Assembly: GCA_964187785.1 (NCBI GenBank)
Contig: OZ076412.1
Span: 620,001-684,000 of the forward strand
DNA from: Amphiscolops sp. MND2022
Taxonomy: Eukaryota
Direction of reading: 5' to 3'
DNA: 64,000 nt
Each line of letters begins with the position of its first letter. Position 1 is the first letter of the stretch. Made by a program: the position numbers and the translations under genes. Positions 1-12,612 of this stretch are shown here, one piece after another. The notes under the pieces were generated by a model that saw only the letters and a program-made list of their open reading frames with translations, was not told where the DNA came from and ran no database searches.

Positions 1-815
1 GATCATTTTAATTGTTTTTCAAAAGATGATTCTCGACTCTTCTTTCCTATGTTATCCTCTTGAATTCTTTTCTGACTTGAGTTTGTGGTTGGTTCCATGA
101 ACAAAAGTTTATAGCACCACCACAAAACACTAGACGAAAGGAGTCCTGATCACAAAATCCATGATCATTTTTGATCAATTCTGTTTTAGACTGGAAAAAT
201 TCAAAGTGAAATATCGCTTCGACTGGACGTATCGATTGGGCCTGTGAGACAGTTAATAGGAGCCCCCACTATTGAGTCCCGGCAAACGGTGTTACGAAAA
301 TGAAGAGCTGTATAGTTGACGTGTCACCGAATAAAAAGTTGATGTTTCACAAACAGCAGCTTGTGCTGTTGCTGCTTTTGGGCAGTTACATTGAAATTAT
401 GAAATTAGTTGTTCCATTGTGATAATATCAGCAAAAAATGTAAACTTAATGTAAGCTGTTGTGAAAGCAGAAATGCTTTAACGTGTTTATCGTCGGATTA
501 CATACCTGAACACTAATTGCACAAACTGATACAGTTGGGTTGAAAGTGAAAAGTTCACATATCAATTTACATACATTAATGGTGTACGTACCAGGAGTCA
601 TTTGTCTTTTATTGCATTGGCGGAAAACTACAAGCAGTGTTATACTGTACCCAATAGAAATCAGCTACCAGAATGGTGTGTGTTAATTCGCATGACTGGC
701 CTAATTATGAGGCTCCATAATAATGAACCATTAATGAGGATGTAGTTGGCCCTTGAGAATACCTGGCATGGGGTAATTGAGTAATTAAATAAAAAGTTTA
801 ATTGCATAATATTAG

Positions 816-889
816 GTCGCTATAGCTCAACCGTTAGAGTGCTAGACTTATAACCGCGAGTTAGGGAGTTCGAACCGCGGCAATAGACG
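816..889 (+). tRNA. Degenerate tRNA-Ile(UAU)-like sequence (pseudo-tRNA) embedded in a dispersed repeat
   Basis: A-box TAGCTCAACCG, anticodon loop CTTATAA and B-box GAGTTCGAACC are present, but acceptor and anticodon stems pair poorly. A homologous copy with the same flanks lies inverted at 52109-52181. Confidence 0.6.
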
Positions 890-1039
890 ATCTTTGCAAA
901 AACGTAAATTAGTACGAACAGTTTTTACGAACCTTTTTCAGACGAACATTCGGATATTTTTACCCGACACTTTTCAAGATGATGTTCTTGCAACTATTTA
1001 TAACAACAAAAAGACTTGGATACAAACCAAAAACCTTCA

Positions 1040-1320
1040 AATTGTCTGTCAAATAGGTTTCTGTTAATGTAACAATGAATTACGACGAGCAAGTGAACCG
1101 TTTCCTCGACCAAAAATTTTTTCGTCAATTGTTCAATTTCCAATGAAAAATTTATACCAAACATTTGTTCGGTATGTTCTTGCGCAATTCCGAACAAACT
1201 CTCCCTCAAGAATTGCTTTGCTTGTTTGTTGGACACAAATTGAATAACGGGCACAAGCAACTCTTGCAAAGGAACTCGTTCAAGTATTTGTCCATGATTG
1301 CCAAGGGTCCGGCGCATCTT
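1040..1320 (-). pseudogene. Possible hAT transposase C-terminal dimerisation domain remnant (frameshifted)
   Basis: Stitching frames gives DP..W..N.EF..ARVA.ARYSIC..TS...E.EF, loosely like the hAT motif W...FP.LA..A.RYLSIP.TS...ER.FS. Several frameshifts are needed. Confidence 0.3.
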
Positions 1321-1813
1321 CTGACAAAAAAAAAGCTTTCGAACCCTCGCTTAAGACTTCTATAACTCGTATTTCACGTGGACTAGTGATACAACAATGC
1401 ATAAACATAGTGACGCTAATGGCCTCCTTTCCTTATTAGGACCCCTCACTGATTGTATCGAATTAGTTAAGAAGTTAAGAGTCCCAATTACTATCTATAA
1501 ATTGAAAATAATTTCATTTAGCATAAAAAATAAACCAAAATCCCAATTGAACAATCGAACTGAGGAAGCGTTAGCTGTTATCCTAAACCTTTTTCCAGAA
1601 ATCCTTTGAATTGTGAAAACTTTTGACAACCAAAACTAGACCATTTGTCGTATTTCCCTCCAAGCGACCGCGAAGGGGGAGGTTGCGAAATAAGACACAA
1701 GTTTCAAACAGCGACATGTCATTAATATTCATACTGTCAAGTCAACCCTCTAAGTATTTACAATCATTTAACATACGCTTAGCAGTGAAATATGTTTTCA
1801 GGAACAAAACTTC

Positions 1814-4800
1814 TGACAGTTTGAAACATTGTGTATAGAAGGGGGGTTCAAGAATGATACATGGTCCCTGCAACTTTCATTCAATCAATTTAATTGGAAC
1901 TGGTTTCATTTTTATGGTAATTGAAACTAATTTACTATCTGTTATTTGCTCTTAAGTTATTCGGGAATCTACAGCTGAAGAATTATTTTCCCCTGCGCAC
2001 GTGACGCCGAGTAGGTTGGTGCAGTTGACGTTTTGTTTTTTTTTCGAAAAAAAAACAAGTAAATTAGCTTTCTTAAACTCAGAAATTATACAAAAGGGAG
2101 CGATTGCGAAACTACAGTTGGTCGGACAAGGACCCCCCCTTTTACTACGCTTTGGTGTATCAACTGCTGGCTCTGACCAACTAACCTCATTTTGTCCCTT
2201 TGTTAGAGATTATTATGTACATGTAAAATGGAACAATTTGTTTTAAAGATGATGGAAAAACAAGATTTTATTTTCGTTACTCTGAGTACAAGTTTTTCAC
2301 CAGCCGAAAACATTCTGCTATAACAAATTGCGTCGTCAGCCAATTGAATTTTCTCGCAATAAATACGGTATGGATTCAAGTGCTGGTTATCGTGGTATCG
2401 TTGCATTAGAAATACGTTATGAAACAACCGCAATGTGATCAGAGTTCCTGAGAAAAGTTTTTCAACGAAAGTAACTGAGAATTGAATAAGAGTGAAAAGA
2501 CTTAGAGGATTGTGTGTGTTGAGGAAACGAGACATATTGGGACCTAGACCCCATTTTACTAGGCTTTGGTCGGACTGGCAATAGGTAGGACCTAAAAGAT
2601 GGGACCTCAAACGAGACAACGAAAACTGACTGAAATGGGCCAAGAAAATTTTTGAGCCAGAGGTCCACCGAGTGCTGAACACTCTACAGCTAATCAATCT
2701 TAAAGCATGATGCGGCCGCTTGGGGGGGGGACATTTTCCGCAATTATTAGGCGAAAACACAATTACTGTTGAAAAGACATGGTACAAGCCAGTGGTGTTC
2801 GATATTTTATTCGAATATTATTATTGCCTGGAAAAAGATGGATTTATTTTCAAGGTGGAAAAAATATTTCAATCAAAAAAATGTTTTCATTCTCAGCGAA
2901 AAACGGAGATTACCAAAAACGTAAATTAGCCATCTCTAATCAGGCCAAAACTCAGCGGCAGGGCTTTGTCAATGGAATCTTTTGACAGTTTGAAACATTG
3001 TGTATAGAAGGGGGGTTCAAGAATGATACATGGTCCCTGCAACTTTCATTCAATCAATTTAATTGGAACTGGTTTCATTTTTATGGTAATTGAAACTAAT
3101 TTACTATCTGTTATTTGCTCTTAAGTTATTCGGGAATCTACAGCTGAAGAATTATTTTCCCCTGCGCACGTGACGCCGAGTAGGTTGGTGCAGTTGACGT
3201 TTTGTTTTTTTTTCGAAAAAAAACAAGTAAATTAGCTTTCCTAAACTCAGAAATTATACAAAAGGGAGCGATTGCGAAACTACAGTTGGTCGGACAAGGA
3301 CCCCCCCTTTTACTACGCTTTGGTGTATCAACTGCTGGCTCTGACCAACTAACCTCATTTTGTCCCTTTGTTAGAGACTATTATGTACATGTAAAATGGA
3401 ACAATTTGTTTTAAATAAGATGGAAAAACAAGATTTTATTTTCGTTACTCTGAGTACAAGTTTTTCACCAGCCGAAAACATTCTGCTATAACAAATTGCG
3501 TCGTCAGCCAATTGAATTTTCTCGCGATAAATACGGTATGAATTCAAGTGCTGGTTATCGTGGTATCGTTTCATTAGAAATACGTTATGAAACAACTGCA
3601 ATGTGATCAGAGTTCCTGAGAAAAGTTTTTCAACGAAAGTAACTGAGAATTGAATATGAGTGAAAATACTTAGAGGATTGTGTGTGTTGAGGAAACGAGA
3701 CATAGTGGGACCTAGACCCCATTTTACTAGGCTTTGGTCGGACTGGCAATGGGTAGGACCTAAAAGATGGGACCTCAAACGAGACAACGAAAACTGACTG
3801 AAATGGGCCAAGAAAATTTTTGAGCCAGAGGTCCACCGAGTGCTGAACACTCTACAGCTAATCAATCTTAAAGCATGATGCGGCCGCTTGGGGGGGACAT
3901 TTTCCGCAATTATTAGGCTAAAACACAATTACTGTTGAAAAGACATGGTACAAGCCAGTGGTGTTCGATATTTTATTCGAATATTATTATTGCCTGGAAC
4001 AAGATGGATTTATTTTCAAGGTGGAAAAAATATTTCAATCAAAAAAATGTTTTCATTCTCAGCAAAAAACGGAGATTACCAAAAACGTAAATTAGCCATC
4101 TCTAATCAGGCCAAAACTCAGCGGCAGGGCTTTGTCAATGGAATCTTCTGACAGTTTGAAACATTGTGTATTGAAGGGGGGTTCAAGAAAGATACATGGT
4201 CCCTGCAACTTTCATTCAATCAATTTAATTGGAACTGGTTTCATTTTTATGGTAATTGAAACTATTTTACTATCTGTTATTTGCTCTTAAGATATTCGGG
4301 AATCTACAGCTGAAGAATTATTTTCCCCTGCGCACGTGACGCCGAGTAGGTTGGTGCAGTTGACGTTTTGTTTTTTTTTCGAAAAAAAAACAAGTAAATT
4401 AGCTTTCTTACACTCAGAAATTATACAAAAGGGAGCGATTGCGAAACTACAGTTGGTCGGACAAGGACCCCCCTTTTACTACGCTTTGGTGTATCAACTG
4501 CTGGCTCTGACCAACTAACCTCATTTTGTCCCTTTGTTAGAGACTATTATGTACATGTAAAATGGAACAATTTGTTTTAAAGATGATGGAAAAACAAGAT
4601 TTTATTTTCGTTACTCTGAGTACAAGTTTTTCACCAGCCGAAACCATTCTGCTATAACAAATTGCGTCGTCAGCCAATTGAATTTTCTCGCAATAAATAC
4701 GGTATGAATTCAAGTGCTGGTTATCGTGGTATCGTTTCATTAGAAATACGTTATGAAACAACCGCAATGTGATCAGAGTTCCTGAGAAAAGTTTTTCAAC

Positions 4801-5316
4801 GAAAGTAACTGAGAATTGAATATGAGTGAAAAGACTTAGAGGATTGTGTGTGTTGAGGAAACGAGACATAGTGGGACCTAGACCCCATTTTACTAGGCTT
4901 TGGTCGGACTGGCAATAGGTAGGACCTAAAAGATGGGACCTCAAACGAGACAACGAAAACTGACTGAAATGGGCCAAGAAAATTTTTGAGCCAGAGGTCC
5001 ACCGAGTGCTGAACACTCTACAGCTAATCAATCTTAAAGCATGATGCGGCCGCTTGGGGGGGGGACATTTTCCGCAATTATTAGGCGAAAACACAATTAC
5101 TGTTGAAAAGACATGGTACAAGCCAGTGGTGTTCGATATTTTATTCGAATATTATTATTGCCTGGAAAAAGATGGATTTATTTTCAAGGTGGAAAAAATA
5201 TTTCAATCAAAAAAATGTTTTCATTCTCAGCGAAAAACGGAGATTACCAAAAACGTAAATTAGCCATCTCTAATCAGGCCAAAACTCAGCGGCAGGGCTT
5301 TGTCAATGGAATCTTC
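1814..5316. repeat. Head-to-tail triplication of a ~1167-bp non-coding unit
   Basis: Units begin TGACAGTTTGAAACATTG at 1814, 2983 and 4149 and are near-identical; the ORF track repeats with the same period. Confidence 0.97.
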
Positions 5317-5464
5317 GACCTTTTGAGTCAATAGCCCCAGGTACTTGAAAACTGTATTTCCAGAAACTATCTCAAGATTTCTGTAGTATCGAATTTGTTC
5401 GGGTGACAAGCCTTTTTGTTTTGGTTATCTCAGGACTAATTATTATTATTTTACCAGTTCCATA

Positions 5465-6220
5465 TGTGGAGAGCCAACAATATTCTTCATGTTAGGCCAT
5501 TTAGGGCTCAAATAAATATTAACATCACAAGTACACCCAGAATCAAACCCGTGATGTGCAACAGAAATCCAAATAAGAGAAAACACAAACCTCTCAGCTT
5601 TTTCCGAAGTTTTGTTACAGCTTCCACAAAATAAACTTATTGATTTGTACTTTTCAGAGATTGTTTTGTATTTGGTATTTGGATTTAGATCGATTAATGT
5701 TATTCCTAAACCGTCAATTTCTGAACAAAGCGTTAAATTGTTTGCGTTAACGTAGAGAGAGAAACGCAATATGATTGAGATAAGATGTGTATTTTTTTCC
5801 TAGAAGTACGATCCTAAAGAAAAACAATGTGTCTGATATTGAATGCAAAGTTCGAAAAGTATAATTCAATGTTTTTGTCGTTTATTTCACGATCTCTAGT
5901 CCTTTAGAATAACACGCACTAACCAGTTCCGCCATAGCGCTTTGTTATTTATTTGACATGTATGCTCATCATATGGAGAGAAAAATGTCTTTTCTGTCTA
6001 CCGGAAGCGCCTATGAATCTTGATGCGCATTTTGTTCTCAATATTGTGCGAATTTTTGTTTTGTGAACAAAAATTTAATTTTGCCATCAGAAATTTTTCT
6101 TTGAGAAATATGGGAATAATTTCTTGTGAGGTCGAATATTTATTTAAACATATGATTGACACCCCCGACTACTGGAAAAAAAGTAGACCAGTAAACCTAG
6201 TTAACATTGAAGCCTAATTG
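5465..6220 (-). repeat. Inverted partial copy of the ~3.2-kb non-coding element (45707-48890 / 54541-57660)
   Basis: Reverse complement matches ~47735-48490 and ~56445-57180 (e.g. GCCATAGCGC-TTGTTATTTATTTGACATG, TTTAGGGCTCAAA). A further fragment near 6415-6475 resembles the element's start. Confidence 0.85.
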
Positions 6221-6768
6221 GTTTTACTTGCGAACAATGCTTTGGGAAATATTTCTTGTCAAGGAATCTGTGAAATAAAGTTATCTCTTTTAATATGTGA
6301 AATTCGAGTTATCGTAGAGAGGGAGAGAGAGACGTCCATTGAAGAAGCTGTTCCACAAGGTTTACAGCAATGTGAGAAAGATTGTAGAACGCTACTCGTT
6401 TGAACTAAATGTCTAATCACAGGCTAATCGCATTAGCATGCTCATCAGATTGCGTTTATTTACCTTCCTTCAATTCTTCAGCTAAGCAACAAGTTCAGAA
6501 CGAACATAAGAAATGAAATTAAAACCAAATTTTCTTATGCTCTCAAAAGTAGAGGGGAGACCCCCTCACCTTTGGGTTTTTTTCCGGAACCATTCGACTT
6601 TTTTATGGCGCCGACTTGGACCGGTCCCGGTTTCTTCTTACAAAAAGCGCCTATTTTCTACGTATAAAACTTATATTAATTCTGTTGTAACCTTTCAGCT
6701 ATTATTCTGACTCATTTAACTCATTCATATTGCGATCCTTTTAAGTCCCACCTAATGCATGTCCCTGC

Positions 6769-8354
6769 TTGCTGACATTTAATTTTGCTTACAAAATGAT
6801 TGCAATCATTTGCAGCTAATTGCATTCAAATCAATAATGTAATTAATTTCCTAAACTCAAACAAATTAAGTTGAGACCACTTTTATTGCAATTAATTGGA
6901 AATCAATTTTATAAAACCTGGGTATTAGTGTTTTTATTGTGTTTTTCTATTGGACTTGTTGTTTCGACGCGCACAATACTTAATTTGTGTTATAAATGAC
7001 CGGATGAAGTTGTTCAGAAAAAGCAACGGTGCATCCAGAGGGTGGGGTGTCACGAAGCAGATTATTCACTAAGCAGCTTCGCTTCGCTCCTCCATTTAGG
7101 GCAGGAGGAGTATGTGAACATAGCTGACAAGGGGAAAACAAAAAATTCGTTTTTTTCATATTTCTGAAAAGACTTCGTTCCTGTCCGCCAATCAGAATGC
7201 ATAGAATCATACAGTCCTACGTAATTTTTTTCTCAGTGAATACTTTAGTTTGCACAATAAATAGTTTATTTGAAAATAATTCGAAGGACTAAAATAAAAT
7301 TATTCATAATAAAAGCTAGATGTACTGCATAGTACGATTTATATTGAACGAATTAGAATGAACAAATGAAAATAGCAACGACCGGTGCTCGCGCAGTGTA
7401 TGATTTAGAATGGACGAATAACAATAGCAACGCCCGATGCTAGCGCAGTGTATGATTTAAATTGAACGAATAAAAATTGCAACGCCGGATGACTCGCCCA
7501 GTGTATGATTTAGCGTTTTAAAAGGTCGTGCAGTGGTTGATTTAGAGGTCAATCAAAATTTAGAGGTCTTTATAGTCATATAATGTAATTTTGTGAAATA
7601 TTATACAGTAGCGATAATCAGGAAAAATAAATTTTTCTCAAAACGGCGGTGCTATTTTATGCGAATTGGGCACCCCTATTTGTTAAAATCGGCACTCAAA
7701 AACTAACGAAGAAACCATGGGTTTTTTTCATGAATGTTTTTTATATTTTGTGAAAAGCAGCATATCAAGAGTTTCTTCGAGCCTTTGCCGCTGCTATCCT
7801 CAAATCATTGTTTTTGCGGTCAAATGTTCCAGTTGTCCAAGGAGGATTTTGGCGACGGGGTTCGCAGTCCCACTCAGATCGATTAGAATCAAATCGTAAT
7901 TTCATTGGACGTGATAATTTTGCGATAGTTGAAACCGTATAGCACATGCAGTTTATTCCGCTTGCTTTGGCATGCTTGAACTTACTGGTTTATTTTGGAC
8001 CTTTCGCAGCGCCGAAACTTATTCTTCCTGGTGATAATTTTAAATGCAACAAAAGGCAAATATCAAATTCGAATATCTCTAAAATAGCGGGGATTTTTGA
8101 AAATGATAAAAATGAACATATTTTTGGGCAAGTATTTTAGTCAGATTCGAAATGTTTGGAATTTTTCTGTCAAAGTTATATTGAAATCAAAAAATTATAA
8201 GCGGGTCAGCCAAAGAGATTTGTTTATCACTGGGTGCATTAGTCGAATTTACCAAAAAACTTTTTCCTGCCACTGCCATCAAGACGCTTCCTCAAAACAA
8301 AGGAACCAAAAAAGTCGAGGTTGAATTGACTGAAATTGAGTTTAAACTGCTGAT
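6769..8354 (+). repeat. ~1.6-kb dispersed repeat (family A), copy 1
   Basis: Colinear match to 36217-37889 from TTGCTGACAT to TTTAAACTGCTGAT; contains an internal AGCAACGCC minisatellite. Confidence 0.92.
7370..7510 (+). repeat. ~53-bp minisatellite with AATAGCAACGCCCGGTGCT core
   Basis: Three units of ATAGCAACG..CGGTGCT.GCGCAGTGTATGATTTA; the same array occurs at ~36880-37020. Confidence 0.85.
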
Positions 8355-8583
8355 GCATTTCATTTATATAAAAAATTAAACTGTTCCAATTTAAAATCAA
8401 TGAAATCCACTTCCTTCTTGAGCAACTTTTCGTGTCTGAAACAAAGGAACCAAAAAAGTCGAGGTTGAATTGACTGAAATTGAGTTTAAACTGCTGATGC
8501 ATTTCATTTATATAAAAAATTAAACTGTTCCAATTTAAAATCAATGAAATCCACTTCCTTCTTGAGCAACTTTTCGTGTCTGA
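8296..8583. repeat. 144-bp tandem duplication
   Basis: AACAAAGGAACCAAAAAAGTCG...TTTTCGTGTCTGA is repeated at 8296 and 8440. Confidence 0.92.
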
Positions 8584-9025
8584 AGAGGATGGACCGTATT
8601 CAAAAACTTGCCAGCTATAAAAACTTCCTAGAATTTTATCTAGTTTACACAAAATGCTCATTTGAAATTTCTCCTTACAAAAATTAGAAAAGTTGGAATC
8701 GTGAATTTTCACAAATCAAATTTGCTTTTTTTTCTTACTTTTCACAAAGTTAAAAAAAACTTTTTGAAAATTTTTCAGTCAAATTTATTTGACCCAAGAT
8801 CTCTTGGGGATTACCTTGTGTACCAAAAACATCATGATATAGAATCTTTCGTAATACAAGAACCAAATTTCAATATACAATCTCGAAACTACTCATAATT
8901 TGAATAAATGAAAGAGCTCCTAAAGATTGGAAAACATAGCTCCAATTTTCCTTTCTGTGAAACTAATCCTTCATTGTTTTAAAACGATATTTACCTTATC
9001 TTTCTGTCAGGGTGAACCACACAAT

Positions 9026-9516
9026 TGTAATAGCAGAATCCAACTTTCTTGGGTGCATGTGACTTACTCTCAGTCACCGCGAAGTTCCCATTTTGAATGA
9101 TTATCGTTCCAGTCGCTTTCAGCATTGCTGACAGTTGAACTAGTGAAGCAATATGGTTAGTTGGTGGTTATATGAAACGAGCAAAAACTGATTAGTTAGT
9201 TGGAAAGTTTCAATTGAAAGTGTTGAAACTTGTAGGCGGGAAAAAGTGAAGCGAGATGCTTAGTTAATTATTTAGTTTGTGAAACGAGCAAACTGATTTA
9301 TAGAGTGAATTGGCGCTAACTGGAGAGTAGGTGAGTCTGAAGGGAGTTGGTTAGAAGTGGAGCCTAATCGGTTACTGGAGTATCAAAGGATTCCATTAAA
9401 GTAAGGTGCTTTAGTTTACTGAAGACTTTGTAGCGAGCCAGCAATAATAAACGTCACGCTTGTTTTTTACAATATTTATAACGAGGCCTCACCCAAAATA
9501 CCTGATTAGGTAACCA
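9026..9516 (+). mobile_element. Solo LTR of an LTR retrotransposon (~491 bp)
   Basis: TGTAA...AACCA termini, identical 5-bp flanks ACAAT at 9021-9025 and 9517-9521, and an internal AATAAA near 9445. Confidence 0.75.
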
Positions 9517-10516
9517 ACAATCGTTTTGACTGTGCTGTTCCTAATTGTTGATTATCTATAGCTATTTATTTCACCAAAGTATTTCACTTTGAACTACATC
9601 ACAACTAAACACCGATTCGTTACTGGCAATTAAGGTTGAGACGATTGTGGCTAGCACGCTTTTGGAAGGGGTGCTGCAGAATTCCAGTTTTTTCTCAGTC
9701 TCGTTGAATTCAGTCTGTTTAGTGTAGTCTGTAACACCTAGTCTCCTGATTCCTTGCCACAAACTATTTTTCAACTTGCAGTGGATAGTTCAACAAGAAC
9801 TTGAAAACCTCGATATTGAGGTAGTTACAATTACAAAAACACAATGAACCTTCAGAGAGAAAGTCATCAGAGTTTGTTTCTCTAGAATCCAGTCCAACTG
9901 CACTCATCCGCTATCCGTGAAAGACCCCAACCAACTTCAACATACAACTTCAATCACAGTCAGAAAGTTTCAATGACTTGAACGAAGTTCTGGGCTACCA
10001 TGCTATGGACAACAACGATCCACTTCTGGGAGAACTGCTGTGCTTTATGTCCAGCATCAAGAATATTGTTTTGGAAGAACTCTTTGACTCGTCTTTGGAC
10101 GAAACATTCTTTGGCATGAAAATCTAACTGCACGCAGACTATTTCATTAAAATAAACTTGTTCAATCACAATTTGTCTTTACGTTTGAATAGGGCTTGTA
10201 GAGTTTTGACTAAAACTGAAGATGCCTACGTTTCTTTCAGTTCAATGAGAAGAAAAATCGATTTTTATTTGTGTTTAAGTGAACTCAATGATTGTAATCA
10301 GAATGACAAAAATCAACCTAAAATCAAACCTTTTGTATGTATGTTCTACCAATGCTCGTATCTAACTTTCTATGTATACACAATATGCAAGTACTATTTT
10401 CTCAAAAGTGCTTTGGCGTTTTTAAAAATTTTGAGACATGCATATTAGAAACATTTTAAGTAAAAGATTTTATAAAAAAGATACTTCCCGATAGAATACA
10501 TCTACATTTCGCGCAT

Positions 10517-10805
10517 TTTACCTCTCGGCCACAGTGCCTTGATAATGGACGGTTCGACTATTGTCCTGTTTCTACTTGCTCCGTTTGAACAACTTGATTG
10601 AAGCGAACGAAGTGAAAAACGCAACGCGTGGTATTTGATCACAATTTGATCAGAGCGAAGTAAAATAGCAACGCCTGGTGGTAATCGCCCAGCTTGTTTA
10701 AAACGAACGAAGTACAAAAAGCAACGCGTGGTGTTTGTTTGATCACAGCTTATTCAGAACGAAGTAAAATAGCAACGCCTGGTGTTAATCGAACAGCTGT
10801 TAAAA
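10517..10805 (+). repeat. Dispersed repeat (family B) with alternating ~52-bp GCAACGCG/TAGCAACGCC units
   Basis: Begins TTTACCTCTCGGCCA, matching 35901-36050, followed by two ~105-bp higher-order units. Confidence 0.8.
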
Positions 10806-11743
10806 CGATTTCTATTGCGCGCTGAGGAAAAATAGTTATTTGGACAAAAATTACAGTTTTTGGCACAAAATTTTCCGCTGGTCTCATTTCTAAATATCAC
10901 AACTTCAAAGTTTATTACAATTTCCATGAGTCCGAAAATCAATCTTTCACGGAATAAACTTTCATATTTTTCAAACTTGTAAGAATTATATTTTATTGCT
11001 GAACTCGTGAAATGCAAAACAGTAGTTTTCATCTTGATTAGGAGTATTCCACAATATAAACAGGAAATATATCTAAAACTCAAATCGATTTTGTGTACTC
11101 GATACTAAACTTTATTCCCTGGGAATACATTTTATTCCATTCAGAATGGGTATGACTTCAGAAACTTCATACACTGGTATGACTTGTCAGAAAAAAAGTC
11201 GGGCTAAAGTGAAAGTTGTGATGAAAAATCACAACGTTGAAACACTGACACCCATTATCATGTATTTTTACAAAGGTCTCAGTTAGGGGATCACAGTGTG
11301 TCGCCTATACCAAGTCCCACGTCGAAAACGTGGCCTCTAAGGGGTCTCAAAAATCTAAGTTTACAAATTCGAGTACAAACAAATGCTATCCTCAAAAACT
11401 GAGTCACACTTTTCATTGAAGTTTTTTTTTGTTACGCAACAGGTATTTTTAGAAAATATACAAATCTACATATCCCCCATTGCATTATTTCACCCAGTAA
11501 AACGGGTGAAATGGTGCAAACATTTCACTAGGATCTTTCATATTGACATACCATCCACAGACAGCCCAAAATCCTACTACCCCGGCTGTTAGGTCATGCA
11601 AAATTATCGTTGACTTAATGGTAGCACGCAATAAATTTCATTTGTTTTTCGTTACAATGTGGGAGGACTAATTTAAAATTAAAGAGTCTTTTTAATCTTT
11701 AAAAGGAAACTTTAGAAAACGTTTAGGTTTTCCTCGAAATCTT

Positions 11744-12046
11744 TCAGCAATTCAGTACATAAGTGGCACTGCAGGACGAGCCATCGAGCGTCCCCTCTGC
11801 CTCCCCCTTGACGCTTGCCAGCCGCATCATGTCTTCGATTTCTTCTAATATTGGCTGTTGGTGGTTGTGGGCTCGTTTAACAGTCAATGAGTCGTTCCTC
11901 ACCACAGCTGTTGCTCGACAAGTTTTCACCTGGCTTTTCAGGTAAGTCGTCTCCTCCTTCTCCACTGTCTTCAGATATATGAAGTCCCCACCAACGTAAC
12001 CTCGGCTCCCCCTTCGCTTCCCTTCGATAATGATTATTCTTGACAT
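11744..12046 (-). pseudogene. FLYWCH-type zinc finger, probably the N-terminal remnant of a Mutator-like (MULE) transposase
   Basis: GKRRGSRGYVGGDFIYLK...TTYLKSQVKTCRATAVVRNDSLTVKRAHNH fits the FLYWCH layout with the first Cys lost; no DDE domain follows. Confidence 0.65.
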
Positions 12047-12381
12047 TGCTTTAGGATAGTTTTTTTTTCTTTATTCTGATACCGAAATAAATTTTCATAT
12101 TGGCAAAATTGATTTATTTACTCAATTATTTCTCGAATGTGGTTGTCATTATTTCAATGATAATTTCAACTGACTGGGGGGGGTTAAATTGGTGGGGAGG
12201 GAATCAACAGAAAAGATCCTTCCGTTTTTTTCATATATTTGCTGTTATATTTGTATAATGCAACTAAAATTCATTTTAGAATTTTATTTTAAAGATTTAT
12301 TGAAAATTTCAAACCTATTTCGATTTTCAACAAGCTAAAGCATTTTTGTGACACTTCAAATATATTTTTTGAAATGAAAAG

Positions 12382-12612
12382 GGAGTTATTTGTCCTCTGA
12401 TAATAATTAGCGGAGTTATTCGTCCTTTGGTTTTTATTGTGGTGGTTAGTTGTCTTCTGATATTAAAGATTGGAGTTATTTGTCCTTTCGCTTTCAATAT
12501 GGGGGTTATTTGTCCTCTGATGTTAATTATTGGAGTTACTTGTCCTCTTGAATTTTAATTGTAGGGGGTTATTTGTCCATTGCTATAAGACATAGGAGTT
12601 ATTTGCCCTGTG
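12382..12612 (+). repeat. Array of eight GG(A/G)GTTATTTGTCCT motifs at ~30-bp period with variable spacers
   Basis: Motif starts near 12382, 12412, 12442, 12472, 12502, 12532, 12565 and 12595. Confidence 0.9.

Noticed and set aside
816-889. Functional tRNA genes (also 40223, 49396, 50061, 52109)
   Set aside because: Acceptor, anticodon and T stems have multiple mismatches; treated as tRNA-derived repeats.
2001-5334. ORFs inside the triplicated unit (up to 194 aa) and inside the 1643-bp duplication
   Set aside because: No recognisable motifs, overlapping on both strands, and repeated only because the DNA is duplicated.
12382-12612. CRISPR array
   Set aside because: Repeat (~15 bp) and spacers (~15 bp) are too short, the repeat is not palindromic, no cas genes are present, and the context is eukaryotic.
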